DNA from: Raja brachyura
Taxonomy: Eukaryota
Direction: 5' to 3'
Length of the DNA: 64,000 bases
Assembly (NCBI GenBank): GCA_963514005.1
Contig: OY740790.1
Span: forward strand, 27,962,001-28,026,000
Shown: in pieces, positions 23,565 to 36,529 of the stretch
How positions within the stretch are numbered: position 1 is the first letter of the stretch
Layout: the number at the start of each line of letters is the position of its first letter
Translations under genes and position numbers: made by a program
The notes under the pieces: model-generated
Database searches by the model: none
Told to the model about the DNA's origin: nothing
Seen by the model: the letters and a program-made list of their open reading frames with translations, nothing else

Positions 23565-25495
23565 ATGGAGGTAAGGGGGTTTGATTCTCGTCAAAAAGCA
23601 GCAGAGGTACCCTCACAGGTCGGCGGACGGTTGCGGTACTTTGCGGGTGCTTGGGGGAAAGTCACTTCCGATGTCTTTATTCTCCAAAGTATTCAGGGTT
23701 ATGTGATAGAGTTTATTAACGACAAACATCCCCCTACGCAGCATGTGCCTCATCGCAAGTTTGCGCTTTCTCAAAAAGAGATGGAGGTAGGACATGCAGA
23801 AATTTTACGATTAGAAACAAAATGGTGATAGAAAGAACGACACATGAGCCAGTTGAGTTTGTGTCCAACATCTTTACAAGACCTAAAAAAGATGGTGGTT
23901 GTCGTATTATCGTTGACCTAACCCAGTTGAATACTTTTGTACAATACACCCATTTTAAAATGGAGACGTTTGAAACAGCTAAACAGTTAGTTAGCAAAGG
24001 GTGCTTTATGGCCTGCATTGATTTGAAAGATGCATACTATACAGTTTCTATCACAATGTCTCATAGGAAGTTTTTGAAATTTGTCTGGAAGGATCAGTTA
24101 TGGCAATATAAAGCGTTACCCAATGGGATTACGACAGCACCTCGGCTGTTTACGAAAATTGTTAAACCTATTTTGGCATATCTCAGGAGACAAAATCATA
24201 CCGTCATGGCATATCTGGACGATATATTGATCATAGGAGAAACCTTAGAATTGGCGCAGCTGGCAGTTGCAGCTACAATAGCGATATTTAAAGAGTTGGA
24301 ATTTGTCATCCATTCAGACAAATCAAAGTTTAATCCCTCACAGGTTATGGATTATTTGGGGTTCACTATTAACACGAATCAGATGATGGTCACTGTCCCA
24401 GCTGGGAAAGTTGCTGATATTCAAGAAACTTGTAACAACTTTGCTTGTGCTGCGGTACTCACTATTCGACAAGCTGCTAAGGTAATTGGGACGATTGTAG
24501 CTACATTTCCTGCTACACAGTTTGGACCACTACATTATCAAAATTTACAAAGAGCAAAAATGTTAGCGTTAAAAGCAAATGCTGGACATTTTGACAAACC
24601 CATGCAGCTGCCGATAAAGGCAAATATTGAGTTACAATGGTGGACCAACAATATTGGTGACTGTTATAAACCCATCATTGTCTCGAACCCATCAGTTGTG
24701 GTACAAACAGATGCAAGTGCCCAAGGATGGGGAGCGACTGATACTGCATCCAGTTGTGGGGGCAGATGGGACGCTCATGAATTCATGCTTTTACAGTCAC
24801 AAGGGATAAACTATTTGGAGATGCTAGGTGTTTTCCATGGGCTACGGGCATATTGCACAAAATTAAGTAATGTACATGTCCATCTTCAAATAGATAATAC
24901 CACGGTGGTAGCGTACATAAATCATGTGGGTGGTATCAGGTCAGTATCTTGTGATGAATTAGTCAACACAATTTGGCACTGGTGTATTGAAAGAAATATT
25001 TGGATCTCAGCAACCTATCTTCCAGGGAAGCTCAATACAGTGGCAGACACCAGGTCACGAGTATTTAATGATAACATTGAGTGGATGTTGAATCCGAAAA
25101 TATTTGCTGAAATAATAGCTAAATTTGGTACACCAGATATTGACCTTTTTGCGTCTAGGTTGAACCATCAGATACCAACATATGTGTCTTGGGAACCAGA
25201 CCCTGGGGCAGTAGCAATGGATGCATTTTCTCTCCATTGGGGGAAATGGTTCTGCTACGCATTTCCCCCATTCTGCCTCATCAGCCGGGCATTGCAGAAA
25301 ATCAAATTAGATTCTGCTTCAGGTATACTGATTATACCCGACTGGCCTACGCAACCATGGTACCCGGTGGTCCTCCAGATGGTCCAAAGCTCATGGGTGC
25401 AAATTGCTAAACACACAAAATTGATTATGAACCCTGTTACTGGGGAAATTCACCCGTGCCATCGCCACTTAAACCTGTTGGCTTGCAGGTTCTAA
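23565..25495 (+). CDS. DIRS pol: reverse transcriptase, RNase H and DNA N6-adenine-methyltransferase-like domain (one frameshift at ~23821)
   Basis: VGGRL..F..AW N-terminus; RT motifs IDLKDAY, LPNG and YLDD; RNase H motifs TDASAQGWG, INYLE and DNTTVVAYIN; MT-like DIDLFAS and YAFPPF. Confidence 0.92.
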
Positions 25496-26451
25496 GAAGA
25501 CCGCTTCTGGAGGCTGGGATCTCCTCTAGGGCCATGGACCTCATCGTTGCGTCATGCAGAGTTTCAACAAGAAGGCAGTACCTCACACAAATCAGGAAAT
25601 GGGAGGCATACTGCGCAAGAACTTCTACAACCTATAACTCTGCTACAATCCCTGACGTTCTGGAATTCCTGGCAGGCCTTCATTACGATGAGGGTCTCAG
25701 CTACAGTGCCATCAATAGCGCCAGGAGTACGCTATCCTCATACCTCAACATAGGTGTGGGGTCTAATCAACTGGTGTCAAAATTCATGCGGGGAGTGTTC
25801 AATACCAATCCCCCACGACCCAGATATAACATCACATGGGATGTAGGGGTGGTGTTGACCCTATTAAGAAACTGGTCTCCCATGGAAGAGTTACCACTTA
25901 ACAAGCTCACCCTCAAAGTGGTAATGCTGATGGCACTGACAACGGCTCAGCGGGTGCAGACCCTGCAGAAACTGCGACTTGATAAAATGGTCTCAACTCC
26001 GCATACAGTAACCTTCATCGTCGAAGGGTTACTTAAGCAGCACAGGCCAGGTGCGCTGGGGCTGCAATTGGAATTCCGGGCGTATCCAACAGACGCCACC
26101 CTCTGCGTAGTCACCCATCTTCACCACTATATTCAACATACCAGTATCATTAGGAAGATGGAACAAGGGCTCTTTATCAGCCATAAGAAGCCTCATCACT
26201 GGGTGACTGGTTCAACAATTGCAAGGTGGCTCAGGGAAGTATTGGATGCAGCTGGGATAGATACTAATGTGTTTAAATCTCATTCTACCAGGGCTGCATC
26301 CACTTCAGCGGCGAGGACCATGGAGGTGCCCATGGATCATGTCCTCGCTACCGCGGGATGGGCCAGTGAATCCACATTTCAAAGATTCTACAACAAACTG
26401 GTGGCCAAACCCGCGATGTTTGTGGAAGCTGTGCTGGGAGCTGCTCTGTAA
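25456..26451 (+). CDS. DIRS tyrosine recombinase
   Basis: 331-aa ORF overlapping the pol end, with catalytic residues TAQR, HSTR, GW and FQRFY. Confidence 0.93.
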   Translation: MPSPLKPVGLQVLRRPLLEAGISSRAMDLIVASCRVSTRRQYLTQIRKWEAYCARTSTTYNSATIPDVLEFLAGLHYDEGLSYSAINSARSTLSSYLNIGVGSNQLVSKFMRGVFNTNPPRPRYNITWDVGVVLTLLRNWSPMEELPLNKLTLKVVMLMALTTAQRVQTLQKLRLDKMVSTPHTVTFIVEGLLKQHRPGALGLQLEFRAYPTDATLCVVTHLHHYIQHTSIIRKMEQGLFISHKKPHHWVTGSTIARWLREVLDAAGIDTNVFKSHSTRAASTSAARTMEVPMDHVLATAGWASESTFQRFYNKLVAKPAMFVEAVLGAAL

Positions 26452-26616
26452 ATTTGTTTGTCCCCGAGTTAGGGGTCTTATTATTTGTGTTATTAAACAT
26501 TCATTTATTTTTCAGCCTGTCCAGTCTGGAATGTATTAATAAATTTCCTCCATCAGAATTACGGCAGTGTGGCAACATGGACGTGGTCCAGGGCATGTAA
26601 TCACAGAGCTTTGAAA

Positions 26617-26729
26617 TCTTCACGAAGTCACTCACATGACTCCGAAGTAAAATAGTAAGATTAAACAAGAACTTACAAGTTTGAAGTTTGATCTTTATTT
26701 TATGGGGAGCTGCGATGAGGGATTTTGTG
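26617..26729. repeat. DIRS internal complementary region (ICR)
   Basis: 26617-26653 is the near-perfect reverse complement of the left end (21547-21583). 26651-26729 is the near-perfect reverse complement of the right end (26863-26941). Confidence 0.92.
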
Positions 26730-27134
26730 CCCTCCGTTCCCAACCCTCTATCATAAGTTCAACTGGTATGGTCAAGTTTTAATCTTACTATCTTCGTTTT
26801 GTGATTTGTGATTCCACACCGCTGCTTTGAAGAATGCTGCGCATGCGTGTTGGCGGGGTCTTCACAAAATCCCTCATCGCAACTCCTCATAAAATAAAGA
26901 TCAAACTTCAAACTGGTAAGTTCTTGTTTAATCTTACTATTAATGCATATGTCCCTGGGAGTATCTAATCAAAATGGATGGGCTGTATCTCTAAGATTGG
27001 GATTAATGACCTCATGGGATGCTTGGAGAGGGTTTAAACTAAAATGGCAGTAATGGGCACCAATGTACTGCGTAAGATGAAAGGAATCAGATACAAAAAT
27101 TAGTGGGAGTAGCACATACCTTTCCTTTCCTATT

Positions 27135-27425
27135 TGTTTAATTTAGAGATACCGTGTGGAAACAGGCCTTTTGGCCCACTGAGACCGCACCGACCAACGA
27201 ACTCCCCATACACTAGTGCTATCCTACACACTAGGTACAATTTACAGAATCCAATCAACCTACAAACCTGCACGTCGTTGGAATGTGGGAGGAACCTGGA
27301 GCACCCGGAGAAATCCCATGTGGTCACAGGGAGAACATGCAAACTCTGTATAGACAGCATCTATAGGCAGATCGAACATGGGTCTCTGGTGCTGTAAAAG
27401 GCAACAACTCTGCCATTGTGCCACT
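27135..27425 (-). mobile_element. V-SINE (HE1-like)
   Basis: Near full-length reverse-complement copy. Confidence 0.78.
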
Positions 27426-28380
27426 CGGTTTTGTGACAATACCAGATCTAAAAATCAATCAGACTTGTTCCGTGACAACATTTGGTTCCACTTCACCTTG
27501 GCTACCTTTCCATTCTCATTCTATTGAAATTAGCCTTCCTCCTGTTATCAAATTTTGGCAGTAGATTGCACTTTATTCTTATTCATTACTGACCAGTTTG
27601 GGGCCAGTTTTCTCCAAATGCTAATACATCCCTCCCACGGAGTTAAGGAAGTGTTTGCAAATACATGAGGCTTTTGCCTTAATGATAGATAGCGTATAAA
27701 GTAAATGGACCATATGATGAAAATGAAGGAACAAAAACAGAACATGCAGGTAAGCACAGCAGGTCAAACATCAGTAAGAAAAGAAACAGGGCCCATGCTT
27801 TGTACAACAAAATTGAAATCCTGACGGAAATTAAGGACAGTCAAATTTTGCAAGAAAATCTGTTTAGAGATACAACAAGGCAGCGCCTCTACCAGCTGTG
27901 CAACTTTGCCACCCTGGGCATCCATTTAGCCAATTAAGTATTGCCATGGCCCTTACTAGGGGCATTTTGACTGTGTCCCTGTCAGATCAACCAATCACCT
28001 TTTTTATTCTTGGTCCATACCTCAATATCAAGAGGAACAGCAATCTTATGGCTTCCATAGATTCAGTCGTGCTCCCCCATTTGAGAAATAATACTGTTTC
28101 ATTGGGGGCAGTTCAAAGAAGGTTCACTAAGATGTTTCATTTTATGGAGGGATTATCCAATGTGGAAAGATTAACTTGGTTGGGAATCCATCAGGAATTG
28201 TAGCTGAACCTGGCGCTGATCATAGGTTCTTTTGGAGAATAGAGCTCTGGGCAGCTTGTGTTCCCTTCTCTCTCTGGTTTCAGTGTTCCTACCTTGCAAT
28301 ATCTCAACAGTATAAGCAGCCTTAAGGATGAAAATAGGGAGTTTTTTTCCTCTGGATAACTTAGAATTATATTGCATATA

Positions 28381-29410
28381 CTTGCAATGTTACAACATTT
28401 TGAGATTTAAAAAATCAAGTCTGCAATTTATCCCATCAGATAAAGCATAAAAATAAGTTTAATTTGACACCTAATTCACTTTCATATCTTCAGTATCAAA
28501 AAAGTTAGGGCCATTTTCATACTCGGAAATTAGCAACTTGCTTCCTATTGCTTTTCTATTGACTTATCACAAAAGTTGTGATCGGGACAGTCAAAAGCCC
28601 ATAACTTCCTTAAAATTTAAGAGAACTGAAAGAAATTTTTAGTTATTATAGATTGAAGTATTCTGAAACAAATATGAAACAATCTTACTTGGATGACCTG
28701 AAATGAAAGCATATAATGAGTTAGTTACCCAATTGTAGCCAATTACAAAATTCAATTACTAGATCTAAACATTTATTAATTTCTTAAGAAAAAATTAAAA
28801 AAATGTAAAGCCTAAGTGTCCAATTAACAGTCGCACAATAATTCACAATAAAACATGATTTTTATATCTAATTGTCATTAATTTATAGGCCAAATTGAAG
28901 GAATTCAGTGTTTAATGCCTGTAAATTAATGGGCATTTGAAACAGCTTGCGAGTGGGATTTTAAGGAACGCGCTGCATTGGAACATTGCGGTAGCGGTGA
29001 ATTTAAACCCCATATCAGCAGGACAAATTCTGACAGTTCATATGGGGGCTAAATCACCGTTTCGCAACATGAAATATTGATTAAAGTCCCCTAAAAAAGC
29101 AAGTTTATATGAAAAAATAAATAGCTTTCACTTACCTGTCCCCTACGTAAAATCGGTCCCCGTTGTCGGCGTTCACGGCATTGGGAGCTAATTTTAATTT
29201 TACTGCAGCAATTAAATAGTCGGACGATTTATTTTAAAAAAAGGACTTACCGGCAGTCGGAACAAATCTCCGAAAATAGATTGCACTCCGTGAAAATAAA
29301 CGGCATTTCAACCCCGCCCCCCCCACCCCCCCTTAAAGGCGCCAAAGTCGCGCACACTGCCAGCGGCAGAACTCCAGCACTGCTACAGGGAAGTTTTGTA
29401 ACATACCTTC
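28381..29410 (-). mobile_element. Unclassified TIR DNA transposon, copy B (non-autonomous, 1030 bp)
   Basis: Ends CTTGCAATGTTACAAC / TTTTGTAACATACCTTC, atata on both flanks. Reverse-complement homology to ~14400-14828 and ~12950-13700. Confidence 0.75.
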
Positions 29411-29649
29411 ATATACATTAACCTATGAGTGTAAACTGAACAGCAAAGTTAGGCTTTCCTCCCATTATCCCAACAGCCTGATCCAAGTAACAAAACAGAA
29501 CGGACTGTGGTAATGTTTTATCATCCAATCTATTGTTTGTTTAGTTTCTGCAAAGAGGAATCTCCAACTGGAAATGTACTCATGTTGGACAGTGGTGCAT
29601 TCACTGGATCTTCCATGCTCAGCTGATAATGTTTGTATTTTGTTTTCAG

Positions 29650-29943
29650 GTGGGGTTGTCCTAAGTCCAACTTGCTATGGAAGGCCGGGCCATACCAACA
29701 CTATGATTCACGAGCTTGGCCACATCTTGGGCTTGTTTCATGTCTTCAAAGGAGTGAGTGAGAAGGAGTCGTGTGATGACCCTTGCAGGGAGACGATCCC
29801 ATCAATGGAAACTGGGGACCTGTGCGAGGACACCGCACCAACTCTTAATAGCAAAGTCTGTCGGGACCCAGATCCAGTGAATGATACGTGCGGTCAAGTG
29901 CGATATTCTGGCACACCATTCAACAACTACATGAGCTACACAG
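29650..29943 (+). CDS. PAPPA2: Pappalysin-2 catalytic exon (294 bp) with metzincin zinc-binding motif and Met-turn
   Basis: ttttcag|GT acceptor and G|gtagg donor. [59 protein letters not shown]...NNYMSYT contains HExxHxxGxxH. [16 protein letters not shown] and NYMSYT resemble PAPPA2 rather than PAPPA (from recall of the human sequences). Confidence 0.96.
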
Positions 29944-30429
29944 GTAGGTGTTCGGATCTGGTGAGATCTTGTAATATAGGAGTTGGCATGTTATTTTGCA
30001 ACATTACAAAATACTAGTTAGTGTTTGGCCACAATATAGGTAGGATGAGATTGTGCTTGTGCGAATCTAGAGGTTCAATATAATGTTGCCTGGATTTATA
30101 GGACGTAGCATTTAAGTAATTTGATTGGTACATGGATAGGACAGGTTTAGGGGGATATGGGCCCAATATAGGCAAGTGGGATTTGTGTAGATGGAACATG
30201 TTAGTTGGTGAGGGCAAGATGGCCAAAGGGCCTGTTTCCACACTGTATGACTCTATGACTCTATGACTTATGTTAGAGGGATAGATTGAATTTGCTGGTT
30301 TCCCTGGAACGAAAGATATAGATAGTCAAAATCAGATGCCATTACTACATTTAAAAGGCATTTAGATTGACACTAAGTAAGGCAAAGAAAGATGTGGGTT
30401 GAAGGAAGAATATGGTATTGCATTATTTT

Positions 30430-30730
30430 GGCGGTATGGTGGCGTAGTGCTACAGTTGCGGCCTTACAGTGCCAGAGACCAGGTGCGATCCTGACCAAGG
30501 GTGCTGTTGGTACGGAGTTTGTATGTTCTTCCTGTGACCGCATGGGTTTTCTCCTGGTGCCCCGGTTTCCTCCTACATTCCAAAGACGTGCAGGTTTGTA
30601 GGTTAATTGGCTTCTGTAAATTATCCCTAGTGTGTAGAAATAACTAGTGTACATGCGTGATCGCTGGTCGGTGCGGACTCGGTGGGCCAAAGGGTCTGTT
30701 TCCGTGCTGTATCACTAAACTAAACTAAAT
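30430..30730 (+). mobile_element. V-SINE (HE1-like)
   Basis: Same head and V-domain; (ACTAA)n tail. Confidence 0.8.
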
Positions 30731-31199
30731 TCTTGGTAACGCCATCCAATTAACCCCATTTTTCCCTTGAGGTTCTATTTATCCTTTCTGACATCCTTTC
30801 TGACAGATCAAAACTTGCTTTATATAAAATAATTGACCTCTGGCTCTTCTGTCATTCACCTTAACCATATGTTCCCTGCTACTGGAAACAGATTTGCCTT
30901 ATACACTCTTCCAAAATCATTAATGATTTTAAACGATCTACTAAATCTCCACTCTGCCTTTTCCACTGTAAGGAAAATAACCTCAACATCGATCAATGGA
31001 TTTTAAGATTACAAGGTAATCGAATTATGCAAGTTTACTACAGGGAAGTATTCCTGAGGTAAGAAATAGCAGGTGGCAGAGAAGTCATGAGGTGCCAAAT
31101 GGCCTATATCTGCCTTCATCTCCCAGGTTATCGCTCCTCTCTATTTTTGCTGGCTAATGCAATTGGTTTGCCCTATTGTGGTTGATGCTACAACTTTAC

Positions 31200-31670
31200 C
31201 AACAGGGCTGCTTTATGATAAATGTTAAATGCAAGAAGTTTCAGAGAATTGTGGGCGCAACCAGACCATCACGTAAACCAACCTCCATCAGTAGTACATC
31301 AGTTTCTGCAGTTCCTTCCGACACATACACTTCATGCTGCCTTGGCAAGGCCACCAGTATAATCAAGGACGAGTCACACTTTGTTCACTCCCTCTTCTTC
31401 TCTTTCCCATCAGGTAAGGGGTTACAGAAGTGTGAAAACACATACCTCAGACAGTTTCTTCCCAGCTGTTTTCAGGCAGCTGAACCATCCTATCACCAAC
31501 TAGAGAGCGGCCCTGAGCTACAATCTACCTCATCTTTAGTTGGACTTTACTAGGCTTTATCTTGCACTAAACATATGACAGCTCGATTATAATCATGCAT
31601 AGTCTTTCCTTTGACAGATTTAACACACTTTTCATTGTACCTCAGTACGTGACAATAAACTAAGCTAAAA
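31200..31670 (+). mobile_element. Rex1-type LINE 3' fragment
   Basis: KKFQRIV...CLGKATSIIKDESH...PSGK, homologous to the C-terminus of the 15257-17278 element. Related 3' UTR pieces at ~170-520, 17755-18230 and 47500-47990. Confidence 0.65.
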
Positions 31671-32299
31671 TGTCCAGAGAGATGAGACAAAGCAAGTCAT
31701 GCTGGGTGTGGCTGATGGGCCTGCAAGGGAAGCCACTGGCTTGGGGCCACTTGTGGATAAGCATGCTGTTGACTTGTGTGGCTCCACCATCAATCTAATG
31801 CAAGCTGAATGTTAGATGTCAACACTTCTGTCACTTCATTGTGGCAGAGCCACTCATCTCTGGGAATTAGCTGGGGAATCTGCCACTGTGATCCAATGCC
31901 AGACAGACCCATCATTGGATAGGAATACACATTCCGAATACTCATTGTTGGATTGCAATGAACATTAATAGGATCTTCTGACATGGAGATCAAGAGGTTA
32001 ATTATTTTACTTTATTTGAATGTTTTATATGCAGTAGTTTCATTCCAAAAGCTAAATATGTCATATGATTAATTTTTTTTTTACACTTTAGTTTTTATTG
32101 CTTTTATGTATACACAAATAAAACACAAATATAACAACAAAACATACAACATTACAGTGAAACGTACAACAGTGCAGCGGGGTGTTCAGTTTACAACTAA
32201 TGATGCAGTATACAGAACTATTTTCATATTAAAACATTTTCCAATAACTTACATTATTGTCTATAAAATTATACAGTGTTGATGTCTTTATTTCTATAC

Positions 32300-35200
32300 C
32301 TAATCCATTTATCCCATTTTCTATTAAACTCATCTTCTTTCACTCTTGGAGAATATGTAATTTTCTCCATGACAAATATTTCATGTCTAACCATTGTCTA
32401 AGTCTGGGTGTGTCTGCTCCAAGCCAGTTTCTTGTAATGGCCTTTCTGCCAGCTGTGAGTAGATTTTAACCAAGTAATGGTCTTCCTTCAGCACCACTGT
32501 ATTTATATTACCCAGGTATAAAATGGAACACTTCTTGCAGACTGTATATCCTAATACCTCTGTTAATTCTGAATTCACTCTGTCCCAAAATGGTTCTATT
32601 TTTGGGCAACTCCAGGAGATATATGTGCATGATTTGCATCTGTTTGACCACATTGCCTCCAGCAGGTTTGCTGCCTTAGAATTTCCTTGCTTTTTATGTT
32701 AGCAGTAATAAAGAAACAAATCAAATTTTTCCAATTAAATTCTCTCCAATTTTGTGAATTAATGGATGTCTGTAGTGTTACACACATATGATGCCATTCT
32801 TCTTCTGAGATTGTGATGTTCAATTCCTTTTCCCACTTACATTTTACATAAAATGTAATTTTAGCTTGACATTCCATTAAACTATGATAAAGTTTAGAAA
32901 TAATCCTTAATGTTTTTTGATGATACGCATTAACTATCACTTCTATCCCTTGATTCTTTTCTTCTAATGTCTCCCTTTTTTACCTTTTTATTATAATAAT
33001 CTCTCAGTTGGAGGTATCTAAACAAGTCTTGGTTCCGAAGTGCAAATCTATCCTTCAAATCTTGAAAACTTCTTAGGTCTCCATTTTCAATAACAGTACA
33101 AAATGCAGTCATTGCTTTCTTCATCCACTCTTTAAATGTTGAGTCATACATCCCTGGTTTAAATTCATCATCCAAAGCTATCCATCTTAAAATTTTTTGT
33201 CGTTTATTCAGTTTAAGTTGCCTGGTAAGAGTGAACCAGGTTTCTAAAGTAAATATCATTATTGGATCGATTATACTCCTGATATGTCCAGGAAGCGCTT
33301 TTTCTCCCAAAAGTGTTTGGATGTGGAAGTCAGGGATATATGTCTCAATCCCTTTCCACCTAGCTATATAGCTGTCCTCACACCAATTAATTAGTGGTCG
33401 AAGTTGGGCTGCATAGAAATATATCCTAAAATTTGGAAGTGCCATTCCACCTTTGTCCTTTGGCAACTGTAGTGTAGTGTATCGAATTCTGGCCTTTTTT
33501 CCTCCCCAAATAAATCTAGATATGAATTTATCCCATTCCGTGAATTGTTTTAATGGTACCTCAATTGGCAGAGATTGAAACATGTACAATAGCCTTGACA
33601 AAATATTCATTTTCACCACATTTATCTTACTACTAAAATCCATTGGGTAGGTGGACCATCTTTCTATATCCTTTCTTATGTTTTGGTTGATGTGATTATA
33701 ATTGGCCCCATACAACATTGATATAATGTTTGTTATATGTATCCCTAGGTATTTGATTGATTTTGAATCCCATTTAATATTATAATGTTGATTTCTTCTG
33801 GAGGACAATTAAATGGGAGGATTTGAGTTTTTGAAATATTCACTTTATATCCTGCATAAAAATTAAATTAATCTATGATCCCATCATCCTTGGAAATGAG
33901 GTGTTTTCTTCCATGAGATACATCATTATATCATCTGCGAAAAGGCCAATTTTATGTTCTCTGTCTCTTATAGTTACTCTCCTCAGTTCTCTGTCTTGAC
34001 GAATCGCTTGAGCCAATGGTTCAAGATATATAGCAAACAGGGTACGGCTAAAACAACATCCCTGTCTCGTTCCTCTTCCTAACACAAATCTCTCAGTTAA
34101 GGACCCATTCACCTTTACTCTTGCAGTAGGTTGCTGGTAAATTGCTTTAATGACTTGAATTGACTCTTCAGTAAAGCCAAATCTTTCTAGTGTTTGATAT
34201 AAGAATTCCCAATTAACCCTATCAAAAGCCTTTTCCGCGTTTAGACTTATCAGGACAGCACGTGTACTTTCCTTTTGAATCTTGTGTATTATATGTAGGG
34301 TTCTTCTAATGCTGTCCTGTGTTTGCCTGCCTATTATAAAACCAGTCTGGTCTTCATGAATTAAATCTAGCATGAACTTTTCAAATTGTTTGGAGATAAT
34401 TGAAGAATATAATTTATAGTCCACATTTAGAATTGATATCGGTCTGTAGTTGGTACAATTTTCCTTGTCTTTGTTCTCTTTGGGGATTAATGTTATAATT
34501 GCCTCTTTCCATGACGGGGGTGTCTTGCCTTCTTTGATAATCCAGTTAAAGGTTCTCAGAAGAAGTGGGTTCAGCTCATTCCGAAATATTTTATACCATT
34601 CTATAGGGAAACCGTCGCTGCCTGGGTCTTGTTTGATTTCATCTTACCAACTGTCTTCTCTATCTCCTCCAGTGATATTTCTGCTGTGATTATTTTATTT
34701 TCTGTCTCTCCAATACAGGGCAGATCTATTGTATTTAAAAAAGTCGTTATTGATTCCCCATCTACTGTAGAGGTTTGTGTATATAATTTTTTATAATATT
34801 CCTGGAAGATATATTTTATTTCTTTTGGATCACTCTTCAAATTCTGTGTACAGGGGTCCTTAATTTTGTGTATGGTGTTGTCAGCCTGTTGTTTGCGTAG
34901 CCTTCGGGCAAGTATTTTAGTGGATTTAGGGCCAAGCTCATAATGTGCCTGTTTTACAAATCTTGCTTTTTTCTCCACCTCTTGACCCAATATTCCATCC
35001 ATTTGTCCCCTCAAATCTTCTATTTGCTTGTAAGTTCTCTGGTCCTTATTATTTTTGTACTTCTGTTCTAAATTCTTCAGGTCTGTTAACTTATTATATG
35101 TTTTCATTCTGGCCTTTTTAATATGAGATGCCCTCGCTATTAACCTACCTCGTATTACAGCCTTCAATGAGTCCCATAGTATGGATGGGTCCACCTGCCC

Positions 35201-36030
35201 ATTGTCATTTTCCTCTAGATAAGTTTTGATTTCCAATTTAATATCATTAACAGTTGTTTTATCATTCAGTATTCCAACATTTAATCGCCACACTGTGTTT
35301 TTCCTTCTGTTCATTTGAATTGTTAAGTATATGGCATTATGGTCTGATACATCTGCCACACCGATTCTGCAATCCATTACCCTATAACAGTCTTCTTTCT
35401 GCATTAAGAAATAGTCCATTCTGGAGTAAACTGAGTGCGGTATTAAGTAATGTGTATAGTCTCTTTCTTGAGGGTAAAAATTCCTCCAGACATCAAGAAA
35501 ACAAAATTCTTCACAGGTAATGTTTAGTAGTTTTGTTAGCTGGTTCTTATTCTTCTTTTCACTGGTCGTATCAAGCCTATGATTCAGTACAACATTCAGA
35601 TCACCCCCACATATACAAATTCCTTCTGCTTCCATTGCAATAATATCAAATAGGGATTTGAAAAAATGTTTATCATTATCTGGGGGAGCATAGATATTCA
35701 CCAGTGTCAGGATATTATTATCAACTTTGCCCTTTACTATGATATATCTCCCTTCTTTGTCTTTTATTTCTTTAAACATTTCACTGAGTTTGATATCAAG
35801 ATTGCCACTCCTCTTTTATGACTGCAAGTATGTGAGCTATAATATGTGCTTTTATATCCAAATCTTTTCAGCTTCTCATGCACTTGTCGTGATAAATGGG
35901 TTTCTTGTAAGTAAATAATATGCATCTTCACTTTTTTCAATGTAGTCATGACTTTAGCCCTCTTAATTGGATTGCCCAAACCATTAACATTTAGAGACAT
36001 CAGCTTAAGTCCTTGACATTGCATCATTAC
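32300..36030 (-). pseudogene. L1 ORF2 (APE endonuclease, RT, C-terminal Cys/His knuckle), frameshifted
   Basis: SLNVNGL, YLQETH, GGDLN, SRMDY and SDH (EN); AEKAFD, GTRQGC, LFADD and IKYLGI (RT); CWRQCG..H..CP. Confidence 0.9.
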
Positions 36031-36529
36031 ACTTAGTGTGATTAATTTCACTGTATCCCCTCAACTCAACACCCGAACCATTCTGAACGACAAACCAAAA
36101 CATATGAACAAACAAAGGTGTTTTACCTGGCAAAACAAAACAAAACATCAAAACATATATGGACTCCCAAAAAAGAGTATTCTCTCTCCTCCATAGATCC
36201 AGAATCCCTTTGTAAATTGAGGGGGGAAACCTAACACTAAGAAAGGGCCCTCCCCTAGATAAGTGGGGTAACCCTCTATGGGTCCCTCCATTCATTCTAG
36301 CTCTAATATTTCGCTAATCTCCCTTACAGTCAGATTTATCTAATAGAGAAAGTTGTATTAAATCAACATTAATGACACTCACATGAGGTCTGTGATGCTT
36401 GGTGATATTTTTAGAACCAGGCTTATAAACAGATTTGTCCATGAATATACATATAAGCATTCTAACATATTGCGGTGGAAGCCATTGTGTTATCCATGTC
36501 TGTGCGTACCTTCATAATCATATCTCAGT

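Larger units (their letters stand above)
21547..26941 (+). mobile_element. DIRS1-like tyrosine-recombinase retrotransposon, structurally complete
   Basis: gag, pol and YR ORFs in order. Inverted terminal segments at 21577-21603 and 26839-26865. Internal complementary region at 26617-26729. ATT trinucleotide at both ends. Confidence 0.95.

Noticed and set aside
25456-26451. Phage integrase or bacterial contamination
   Set aside because: The YR is embedded in a DIRS element with RT, ICR and eukaryotic intronic flanks.
29574-30017. 147-aa ORF as a stand-alone small metalloprotease gene
   Set aside because: Only 29650-29943 is pappalysin-like and it is bounded by splice sites; the rest is intron read-through.
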